The notes under the pieces: generated by a model
Told to the model about the DNA's origin: nothing
The model's input: the letters and a program-made list of their open reading frames with translations, nothing else
The model's database searches: none
Position numbers and translations under genes: made by a program
Assembly (NCBI GenBank): GCA_028286645.1
Contig: JAQBRF010000004.1
Span: 18,830 to 82,829, forward strand
Direction: 5' to 3'
Source: Candidatus Nomurabacteria bacterium
Lineage (GTDB): Bacteria > Patescibacteriota > Minisyncoccia > Phycocordibacterales > UBA5272
Length of the DNA stretch: 64,000 bases
Shown: piece after piece, positions 29,405-41,600 of the stretch
How positions within the stretch are numbered: the stretch's first letter is position 1
How the letters are laid out: each line of letters begins with the position of its first letter

Positions 29405-29639
29405 TTAGGTATTCCGGATAGTTAATAAATGTGACAGAAAAAAGGGCTTAAAAACAGATTATTAGCTCTTAGAATTAAATATTTAAAATAAAGGATGAAT
29501 TCAGCGGTTTTCTGCAATTTTTTAGCCATTGATTTAACTAAAAATCCTTTTTGCCATAAGGTTTTTTTAAGCGTCCTTTATCCCCAGTTTTTTCACATAT
29601 TGTGCACAGAATTTTATATACTTTGAATAAGTTAAATTC

Positions 29640-32600
29640 ATGAAAAAAGGTATTAAAAAATGTGGAGCAAAAGTTTGGGTTATTTTTTTTACATTTATTT
29701 TAATTTCATCTTTTTCTGCTAATAGCTCAGTTCATGCAGCCGAAAGCAAAATTCTCAATTTCCCGGTCTATCCATTACAAAGTGTAATAAGATTTATTTC
29801 ATTTAAAACATTTTCTTTGTATTCTGTTTCATCGCATGCATATGCCCTAGCTCATAACCTGCCACAATTTGCGCCAACGAAACTTTCAGCCATACCATCG
29901 ATTAAAACTGACGAGTTATCGCCTCTTTTAAATATAGGAAATAGTGCCAGCCAAAATACTGTCATATTATCAGATGCTGTCAATGAGCTTGGCTGCGAGT
30001 TAGTTAAATTTATTAGGATTAATTTATGCGCAGGTGAGAGTAACTTTGTGACGCCGAAATTAGCGATGAATAAAGTAGATAATAATGATTTAGTTATCGA
30101 TTCTGCTATTCCACGGCAAATTGCTATAGTAGGAGAAGAACTTCATTCGCCGCTTATTGAGTCAATAAAAAACTTTGCTTTAAATTTAAATACTGCAACT
30201 GTGCCAAAGCAGCAACCTTATGAAGAAATCCAAAATGATATTCCAGATCTCAAATTTAACTTTCCGCGCTTAGCAGAGTTTAGCCTTCTTCCTTTTAAGC
30301 AATATTCATCATTTGCAACAGGAGATAATAAAGCAAGCGCTCAAGGAATTTCGGTTCCAGTGAAGAAGAGTACACTGCCATTTTTAGACAGATTATCACT
30401 TTCTGTTTTCTGTAAAATAAAATCTTTATCAGGAGTCGTTGATGAAAACAGATGCAGTTATGATTCGCTTGCGGGAAACTTTTTAATAAACAATTTAGCA
30501 AATTTAAATGATGGCAATACTCAGCCATCAACACTAAATAGTAGTGGGGCCACTTCAACCTCAACAGGCTCCTCTAACACTCCTCAAGACACTTTTACAA
30601 ACTCTGGAAATATTTCAAAACCGGTTTATATAACTCAGTATCTCACTAAGTATATTACTCTTGCGGGTTCTCCGGGTCCTAAAGGTCCTTCTGGTGTAGA
30701 TGGAAAAGATGGCCTAGATGGAATGAGTGGTCAGAATGGAGCTAACTCACAAGGAGGATTCGGAGGATTTATTAATCCATCAAGTTCTTATGTTGCGCCG
30801 ACTCCGTATGTGGCGCAAAGCCTTGTGGGGATTTCTACTATTGGATATTTGCGTGATACTACGATTGAGTATGCGAAGTTTAATTATGGTACAGCTAATA
30901 ATCTAAGCCTGATAAGCCCTACTGTAGATAACGGCGTGTTTAACGGAACGAATATATTTAATGGAGGCGTACGATTTAATGATAATGTAGACATAAACAT
31001 CCTAACTGCCACCTCGAGTAATTTCCTAAATTCAAGCACGACAAATTCGTTTGCAAATAATTTTTCTGCAGTAAATTCTATACTTGGGGATGCAATCATA
31101 ACAAATGCGAATGTAACTAATTCGACTACGACAAATCAGTCTACAACTAATTTAAATCTTACAAACGGTACTACAAGTAATCAATTTATTAATAATCTTG
31201 CGGTAATTAATTCCACAACGACAAATGCGAGCACCACAAATAGCTACATAAGTAATTTATTAAATGATAATAGTACCACTACCAACTTGGTAGTTACAAA
31301 TGCAAGCACAACGAATGCGACTACTACGAATTCTTTTATTTCTAAATTATGGTCCACTCTTGCTAACATTACTGATCTAATAATTGGCAATGCCACAACA
31401 ACTAATCTATTTGCTGCGAATGCGACTTCCACCAACTTCTTTTCAACTCTTGCCCGCATCACGGGTCTCACAGTAGATAATTCAGTTACAACTAATGCAA
31501 CGACTACAAATGGCTACATATCTAATTTAACTAATGATAATGGAAATATCGGAAATCTTGTCGTAACTAATGCAAGCACAACTAATGGCACCACGACAAA
31601 TAGTTACATAGCAAATTTAGCAAATACAAACGCGGTGATTACCAATGCTACGACCACAAATTCTTTCATTGCACGATTGTGGTCCACTTTAGGCGATATA
31701 ACAGGATTAAATACAGTTAATTTGACCGCTACGAATGCTACTAGTACAAATTTCTTTTCAACCCTTGCCCGCATCACGGGTCTTACTGTCGATAATTCCG
31801 TTACGACTAATGCAACCACAACAAATAGTTTTATTGCAAATCTGACTGCAGATAATGCTGTAATTAACAATATCAATTTTGGCAGCGCTTCATCTACAAA
31901 CTCGACGTCGACAAATGGTTTTATTGCAAACCTAACGATGAATAACGGAACATCAACGAACTTCTTTACTCAAAACCTTTCCGTTGGAAATACAAATGTT
32001 AGCGGCAATCAAACAATTAATGGTACGTTCACTGTTTTAGGTACTACCACACTCGGAGCAGCAACGACAATTGTGGGGAATATACTCTTGGGGACAAGTA
32101 CCTCGAATTTTATAACAGTAAATGGCCTATTTAATTCTCATCTGGTTCCCGCGCAAAATATTACATACGATCTGGGTTCCCCATCATTTTATTATAGGAC
32201 TTTATATGTTGATACCATTACCGCAAATACCGTTTCTGCTGTTAGCTCTACGATCAATGGAACAACAAATAGTTCATTTTCAATAAACGCAGATAATGTT
32301 TCCGCAGACGCAGAAGATTCTACCCTTGTCTTTTTTAGAGGATTAGTTACTCCGAATGCAGTTATTAGGTGGAATTCCATTTCGAAGAGATTGGAGGCGA
32401 ATATGTCTATTAATGTTATGAATGAAACTCCTGTAACCGGTTCCACCACTTTTTCAGTACAGGGAGGGGCTGGTCAGGGAACAACACCGTTATTTAAGCT
32501 GCTAGATAATTCTGAGAACACTCTTTCATACTTTGACCAAAATGGCTCATTAGGAATTGGGACTAGTACGATCACCTCAGGGGCGAAGGTGGATGTATGG

Positions 32601-35600
32601 GGTAATTTAAATGTAGGAACTTCTTCAACCCCGACACTGTTTGCTAACACGGCCACAGGAAATGTGGGGATTGGGACTTCAACTCCTGGCTCTACTCTCA
32701 CAGTTGCGGGCACTGGGTTATTTACCAGCAACCTTTCAACTCTTGGCACTTTAGGGGTCAGCGGACAGACTACCTTAACAACAGCATCCTCAACTGCATT
32801 TACTGCCACGACTCTCTTTTCCACAACGGGGACTATTGCAAACTTAATAAATACTAATGCAACCTCATCTAATTTATTTGCAAGTCTTGGGACGCTGGGA
32901 GCCTTAACGGTAACTGGTCAAACTGTTTTATCTAACGCTTCTACCACCAACCTAACAGTCTCTGGAAACCTATACAGTACCAATCAAATTACCACTACAG
33001 AAACAGTAACTAACTCTTCCACTACCAACCAAACAACTTCTGGTAACACCTACTTCTCCGGATTAACCGCAGGTTCTATCCCATTTATTGGTGGAGGTGG
33101 CTTACTAAGCCAGAACAATGCAAATCTATTCTGGGACAATACGAATGCGAGGTTAGGGGTGGGGACGACGACGCCGGGAGCACTTCTAACCGTTTCTTCT
33201 TCTACCGCAACGGGAACTACTGGATTATTTAGCATAGCGACTTCATCAAATCCTCTGCTTAGTGTGCTGGCAAATGGAATTATTCAATTGAAAACTGGCA
33301 GGGTTAATAATGGAGTGCAATTTATAGGTGGAGTGGGAGGAAGTTTAGAATTTACTAACTCTGCAAGCGGCGTATTTTCTGCACAAGGTAATGGTCTAGG
33401 ACAAGTGACATGGAATGGAACAGAAGTAGATTTAGGAAATAACTTCGGCGTAGCGGGAAGATTCAATTGTGTGTCGGGAAGCTGCCGAACAAGCTTTAAC
33501 AGTACAAATTTTCCTGTAGCCACGGCGCAAAACTTTTTCAAGTCTAATGCAGATGGAAACATCGGAATGATCATTGCTCAGAATTCTGTATCACAAACAG
33601 GAGACTTATTTCAGTTAACAGATTCAGCCGGGACATCTGTACTCTCTACATTTTCAGCATCTGGCAGTTTAGGTATCGGTTCCACCACTCCCGGCTCCAA
33701 ACTGTCTATAACCGGAACAAGCGGAGCCACTACGCCGCTATTTACTGTCGCTTCCTCTACAAACTCTGTAATATTTAATGTGCTTGCTAATGGAAATGTA
33801 GGAATTGGTACTACAACACCAGATCAGAAACTTGTCGTTGAGGGGAATAACCCAGCAATTGCGATTAACAACACCGGATCTGGAAGTGGAAATTTCCCTA
33901 TATTTATATTAAGACATGCTGGCGCAGACAAATCATATTTATATTGGGACAATGCAAATAGTTTTACAAAATTTAGTTCTGCAGGAGCCTTGCGGTTTGA
34001 TACAAATGGCTTAGGAAATACAAATATGACTCTTCTTGCTAATGGCAACCTCGGCATCGGTACCACCACTCCCTCCACCAAACTCTCCGTTGCCGGCAAT
34101 GGCCTCTTCGACGGAGTTGTAACAGCATCTAACTTCGTAGCAACGTCGACCGCACCTTCCACATTTACTAATGCAACTATTACAAATGCTTCTACCACAA
34201 ATACTACCGGGACAGGACTTACATTTACTAATGGATTATTCTTAAATTCGCTTGCTTCTAACGGTACATTAAATATTACAGGTCAAACTGTCCTAGCTAA
34301 CGCTTCCACCACTAACCTCTCAATCTCAGGAAATCTTTATGCACCTAATTTTCTTGGAACAACAGGATCCTTTAGTACTTTAAGCGCAACGAATGCTTCT
34401 ACTACTAACTTTACTAATTCAAACAATTCATACTTCTCCGCCCTCACCGCAGGCTCCATCCCATTTATTGGTGGAGGTGGACTACTAAGCCAGAACAATG
34501 CAAACCTATTCTGGGACAATACGAATGCGAGGTTAGGGGTGGGGACTACGACACCCATAGCTAAGCTAAGCGTATCCGATGCAACTAATTATGGAAACGT
34601 AACTGCTGATCAAACAAAGTTCGGAAGCTATTATTTATATTCTCCCCAAGCTGTTATTACAGGAACTTCTACTGCTCCAGCAGGAACGTATATTGGAGTT
34701 AATAGCGATTTAAATGGAAGCAATATTTCACTAACCTCTTCTAGCAATTTCATAGGGACTAATTTAAGTTCTATTAAAGGGTCTGTGTCAGGCTCTCCCG
34801 TGGTTAATCTAAATCTTAATGCAAATACGGGACTGGGCTTTGTATCTACTGCTGCAATCGAAGGAAATGCAAATGTAACTCCCGTTTATATCAGCGGAGA
34901 TCAATTATTCTTTAATTCCTATGGAGGACAGTTTACAAACACTAGTGGAAATGGAGTATCTACGACTCCAACATCAAATATATATGGTATTAATGCATCA
35001 TCAAATAGTAATTTGGCGAGAGGATCTCATTATGGAGGTAATTTTATCGCTGCAGGAACAGCGTCAAGTAATTATGGGGTAAGAGTTGCAAGCGTATCCG
35101 GAGCTGGAAGTAATTATGGATTAATGATTGATACTGTGGCGGCATCTTCTACTAACTATGCGCTTTATTCAGGTGCATTAGCGCAAAGCTATTTTGCGGG
35201 CAACGTCGGAATTGGCACGCTGTCTCCTACGGGGAAGTTTTCGATTATCACTTCACCAAGCGGTATGATAGACGCTCCAGCGATGGATATACTATCGACT
35301 CATGCTATCGGTTCTGTTACGACCTCGGGGGTGCGTACGTTTACTATGGCAAGTTCGACATATAATCCTTCAGCCACTCTTAGTAATAGTAGCGTTTCAG
35401 GAACTAATGTAATTATTGCAAACGGAAACACTCAGAATATTAATTTAAACAACTTCACATTAAGTGACGTAACAGGAGTTGGAGCGAGAAACGCTCTAAC
35501 AGTAAATGGCTATACTGCAACTCTTACGGGTAGTCCAGTAATAAATGATACAAATCCTGATGGCCTAGGCCAAGTGATAACAGTTGCGGGTTTTAGTGGA

Positions 35601-38600
35601 AACGTTAGCGTAACTCCAGCTGTTACTAGTCTTGTAAATATTGGGAATTTCAATTCCATAGCAGGTGAGTTCAATAATACTAGTTCTGATGGCGGTTCTA
35701 ATTTATCTTCTCTTGCCTATGGCATCAAAGTATCTAACACGGCTACTCTTGCTACGGCTAACGCTAGTGATCTTTATGGCGGATTCTTTAATGTTTCTGG
35801 TACAGCCACTAATGCCTACGGCCTTAAGGTAAATGTAATCGGGTCTACAAATAATCATGGTATGCTCATAAGCTCAGTTTCAGGAGGAGCTAGCAATTAT
35901 GGTTTGCGTATCGACACCGTGGCCGCATCCTCTACTAACTATGCGCTTTATTCAGGTGCATTAGCGCAAAGCTATTTTTCAGGCAATCTTGGTATCGGTA
36001 CAACTTCTCCAACTGAAAAACTCTCCGTTGCCGGCAACGGCCTATTTGACGGAGTAGTAACAGCATCAAATTTCTTTGCGACTTCCACCACCCCATCAAC
36101 ATTTATAAATGCTTCCACTACTAACCTAACAGTCTCAGGAAACCTATATAGTACTAACCAAATTACAACCACAGAAACAGTAACTAATTCTTCCACTACC
36201 AACCAAACAACTTCTGGTAACTCCTACTTCTCTGCTTTAACTTCCGGCTCTATCCCATTCATTGGTGCAGGAGGATTACTATCCCAGAACAACTCTAATC
36301 TCTTCTGGGACAACACGAATGCGAGGTTAGGGGTGGGAACGAGTACGCCAGTTAACGCTTTAACTGTGGTGGGTAATGGATTATTAACAGGAAGCTTAAC
36401 AGTAGGGAACGGAAGTACTAATGCCATAGTAGATATTAATGGTCTTTCATCAAATAGTGCTTTGCTTAGATTCTTGCGAAGCGGTACGGAAGCAGGAAGA
36501 ATAACATTTGCGAATAGTGCAGATATGACTTTCCAACTTGGTTCTAGTCCAGCAGAAATGATGAGAATTACTTCTGCGGGTAACATTGGAATCGGTTCCA
36601 CCACTCCTGGATCAAAGCTTTCTGTTACTGGTGCTTCTGGCAGTATTGCACCATTATTTACAGTCGCCTCATCAACGAACTCTGTACTATTTAATGTATT
36701 AGCGAATGGAAATGTTGGGATAGGAACGACCACCCCCCTTGCTGCTCTCCATGTCACAACCCAAGTGGCCGATATTGCTTACTTTAATAGCTCCATAAGT
36801 CCGCTGGGAAGATTATTTATAGCAGCACGTGGCGGACCAAATGGAGAGATAGAAATAGGAAACCATGATGGAGCTTACAGATTGCTGGACGTTCAGGGTT
36901 CGATACTTACATTTGGTGTGAGTGGTACTGAAAAAATGAGGATTGACGCATCTGGTAATATTGGTATCGGATCGACAACTCCAACGGCGAAATTCACAGT
37001 GTCCGGAGATAATGGAGCCGTGTCATCAGACAGCTTGGTGGTTTTCGGAGATAATTTAAATTCTGTAACAGGAGCTACCACAGCGAAACTTACAATTGGT
37101 AATATAGACGGTAATAGTGAACTTTTGATTGGGCAAGACGGAACACATAACTTGGTAAATGCTTGGATATATAATGCGACAGCGGCTAGTGGTTACGGAC
37201 TTATCGCAGGATATGGCGGAAATAATAATATAGTTCTCCAAAGGGACGGAGGAAATGTTGGAATAGGAGCTACCACTACTCCATCTGCTCGTCTTTCTAT
37301 AAAAGGAATAGGCACTACTACTGGTATCAATTTTCAGACTACTAACTCAAGCAATGTTCCGTTGTTTAGTATTTTAGATAATGGAAACGTGGGGATTGGA
37401 ACTTCTAGTCCAATAGCAAATTTACAAATTGGAAACACTACATCAGCCTCAACCGCTTCCCCAGTCACTTTATCACTTGGAGGAACCTTCAGTTCTGTCG
37501 CTGGGGCTAACTTGAAATTAAAATTATTCGATAGCGGAGCAAACGTCTACGGTCTCGGAGTATCAGCGAATTCTCTCGATGTATCTTCAGCGGCGGCATT
37601 AAATTTTTATACAAACGCAAGTACCACTCCAAGCATGACAGTGGCTGCGACAGGAAATGTTGGAGTTGGAACAGGCGCTCCGGTTTCGACCTTAAACGTA
37701 AATCAGTTAGCTGGAACTACCAAAGGCATATCCATTACAGGAGATGAAACATTTGCATCAGGTAATGGGTCTATAACATCTGGAGTGAGAATTGCCCTTG
37801 GGGTATCAAGAGCTAATAATCGTCAATTATGGCTTGGAGATATTGCCGCTTATGGAAGCTCGACAGCGGGACTTTTTAGATATAACACAGGGCAAACAGG
37901 CTGGGGAGGATTTGATGTGGTGAGTGGCGATGGTTCTAGTAGATTTCTTACAGTTGCGGGTAGTGACACTTCTAATGTTGGAATAGGATACAACGGATCA
38001 CCTGTTGACCCGACTTTATACACAGGAAAGTTAAATGTATTTTCTTATAACGATTCAGCTGCTTCTACTACCTTAAACTTAAGACATTTCGGAACAGCAA
38101 GTGGAAATTATTTAGATATAAAAAATAGCGCTGGAACCTTGCTGGCGACATTTACAAATGCTGGAAATATGGGAATAGGTGTAACATCTCCGACCTCGCT
38201 TCTATCGATTGCGTCTACTACAGCAAGTGGAGCCACAGGATTATTCTCAGTAGCCAGCTCATCTTCTATTTTTAATATACTTGCTAATGGAAACGTAGGG
38301 ATAGGTACAACAACTTCGATTCAAAAACTTGATGTAAATAGTTCCACATTTTTAGCAAACTCCGTTAATGGAGCATACGTAACAAGTGATAGTGCAGTAA
38401 CTAACAGCGCATATCTGGCTTCCAATGCTTATTATAATGGATCTAGTTGGCAGAAACCTTTTGCTCTTAAATCGGCCATATTTGGTTCAGCTGGTTCAGG
38501 AGCGTCGAAGGGGTTTTATATATATGGATCTGAAAGCACAACAGCCGGCACAATCTCAGACTTTGAAGAAAGGTTTAAGGTCCTTACTACAGGAAATGTA

Positions 38601-41600
38601 ATTATGGGAGTGGGTGCTGGAGGAGGCAACGTCGGCGTCGGCACCACCACCCCCTCCACTAAACTCTCCGTTGCCGGCAATGGCCTATTTGACGGAGTGG
38701 TAACAGCATCAAACTTTGTTGCTACTTCAACTACTCCTTCTACATTTATAAATGCTTCTACTACTAACCATACAAACTCTGGTAACAATTACTTCTCTGC
38801 TTTAACTTCCGGCTCCATCCCATTTATTGGTGCAGGCGGCTTACTAAGCCAGAACAATGCTAATCTGTTTTGGGACAACACTAATGGGAGGTTAGGGGTG
38901 GGGACGACAACGCCAGGATCCCTCCTTACTGTCTCATCTTCCACAGCAACAGGGACTACTGACCTCTTCTCGGTTTCTACATCATCACCAATATTTAACA
39001 TACTTGCGAATGGCAACATCGGAATCGGGACAACAACCCCGACAGACAAACTTTTTGTTTCTGGTACGTTTTCAGCGGGAACAAGTACGCTAAATAACCT
39101 TATTGTTACAAATACTAGCACATCAACATTTGCTGGTGCGGTACAAATTACAAAATCTACAGTGGGACCTACTACCGTATTAACATTGAAAAATGGCCAA
39201 TTTAATGTAGGAGATACTTCAGATATACTTTTCTCTCACGGCAACTTGCAAGCTTTTTCAAAAATTAGCTCATCACTTCCCGGTAGTAATCAGACCCATC
39301 TAGCCTTCTACACTAGTTCAAATACAAACTCTTTAGTTGAAGCGATGAGGATTGATGGAAATGGAAAGGTGGGAATAGGAACATCAAGCCCAGCTAATTT
39401 ACTTCACATATCTGGAAATGGCGATAGTCGAGTGATGTCTGAAACAACAGGGGCAGATACTGTAGGCACTGCGGGTTTTGTTATGAAAGGAGGAGGAACA
39501 AACGCACAATGGCAAATATTTACTAACCGTTCAGATCTTGCCGGAGCTGCAGATAATTTTGCCATTCGTAAAAATGCCGGCACGACAGGAGTAAAGTTGG
39601 TCATTCAAGATAACGGAAATGTCGGTATTGGAACAACCACACCTATTTATTCCTTAGATGTAGTCGGTAATATTCGTACGGCTGGTGCTGCTTCTGGTTT
39701 CATTATGAATAACCGAGCGACAAATCAGACTTCAGCACAATGGTATAGTCCAACAGCTGGAGAAACAAGGCTCTTTGACCATGTTGCAGGATTGGATCGA
39801 TTTACTATAAATTCGTCCGGAAGCGTAGGTATTGGAACTACTACCCCTGGTAACACTTTAAGCGTTGAAGGTTCGGGTAACGTAGCTAGATTCGGCACAT
39901 CGGCAAATGCATTTTCATTCATTCAGGTAGATTCTAATAATGCAACAATTAAGAATGTATTCGGAACGGATATTAGCGGTACTCCCACAGGATTCTTAGG
40001 AACTCTTACCAATCATGATCTCATTCTTCGTACAAATAATACAGAAAAGGTACGTATAACAACTGGTGGAAATGTCGGTATTGGAGTAAGCCCCGCTCTC
40101 GCAAGACTACAAGTAAACGATGGTGGCGGTACTGCTGCGAGTGAAATTTTAAGTTTGCAAACAGGTTACGCAGCTAACAGCGCCCAAAAAGCCTTAACCT
40201 GGAGAGATGGGGTAAATATTACAGGCCAAATAGACACAAGATACGATGGCACATCAATCGATATGGTCTTTGGACATCTTTATAATTCTGGTTATAACAC
40301 AACGGATAGAATGGTGATTAAAGGTACAGGAAATGTGGGTATCGGAACGCTTGCGCCGTTTAGTAGACTACATGTAGCCCAAGATGTAACACAATATTCT
40401 ACATCGGGAACTTTTGCTCAATTGGAAGTTACGGGTGGAACAAATATTAACCAAAGACTGGCTATTGGATATAACACATCTACGAACGTCGGTTTTATTC
40501 AAGCTATAATAAATGGAGTTTCATTTCAGCCGCTTGCTCTCCAGCCGCTGGGTGGTAATGTCGGTATTGCGACATCAACCCCAGGACAAGCTCTTGCTGT
40601 AGTTGGTACCATCCAGCAATCTGCCGCAAAGAGCTGTGCTCTTTCATCGAATGCCTCAGGAGATATCATTTGTACGTCTGACGAGCGTTTGAAAGATATT
40701 GCTGGAATATATAATGGAGGCATCGGACAATTGCTTTCGATTAATCCAATCAGATTCAATTATAAAAATGAATCATACCAGCACGTTGGATTCTCTGCGC
40801 AAAATATCGCATCGGTTCTTCCAGAAGGTGCTCCAATCCAATCTAATGGATTCTATGGATTAGACTCAAATGCAGTACTTGCTCTTACACTTAATTCCGT
40901 GAAAGATATAGCTCATAGAATCGATTTCTCAAATGCTCCAAACTCTGCATCCCTTATTATAGATAACTTAGGAGGAATCATGGCTAAAAACTTTATGACT
41001 GACACCACTTCGTCAGTTGCAGAAAGGTTCCCAGCAGAAGAAGCGGTGGATGTAGGAACTGTAGTGGCATTTGGAGACTCATCATATTCATTTAATGACA
41101 TTCATGCATCATCTACTGACACATACAGCATGTCAGGTGTTAGAAAGGCTCGCACTCAAGGAGAAGCAATTGGTGTGGTCACATCAAATGCCGGACTTAT
41201 AACAGGAACATCAAGCAATGGCGGCGTACCGGTGGTATTTTCTGGACGCACTGTCGTTCAAGTTACGAATGAATATGGCCCAATTCAAAAAGGAGATTAT
41301 TTAACACTTTCTACTACTACTCCAGGAAAAGCTACGAAGATGTCAGGAGAAGGACAATCTCTCGGTGTAGCGGTATCCGCTGATAATGGTTCTGGCAGAA
41401 TCCTTGTAGTACTTAATACTGGATATCAAAAGGTTGATACTAACAGCCGGGCAATTTCTACAAGCGGAATGCTTACCACTGGAAACTTGGATCTTAATGC
41501 CAATGGCGTAGCGATTTTGAATATTAAATCTCTTGCGTCCGCAAACGGCACTTGGTCTATCAATGAAGATGGGCGTATCATCGCAAAGATTCTTTGTCTG

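Noticed and set aside
29410-29635. Replication origin (TTATCCCCA and similar DnaA-box-like words)
   Set aside because: Only a few imperfect boxes and no dnaA/dnaN context
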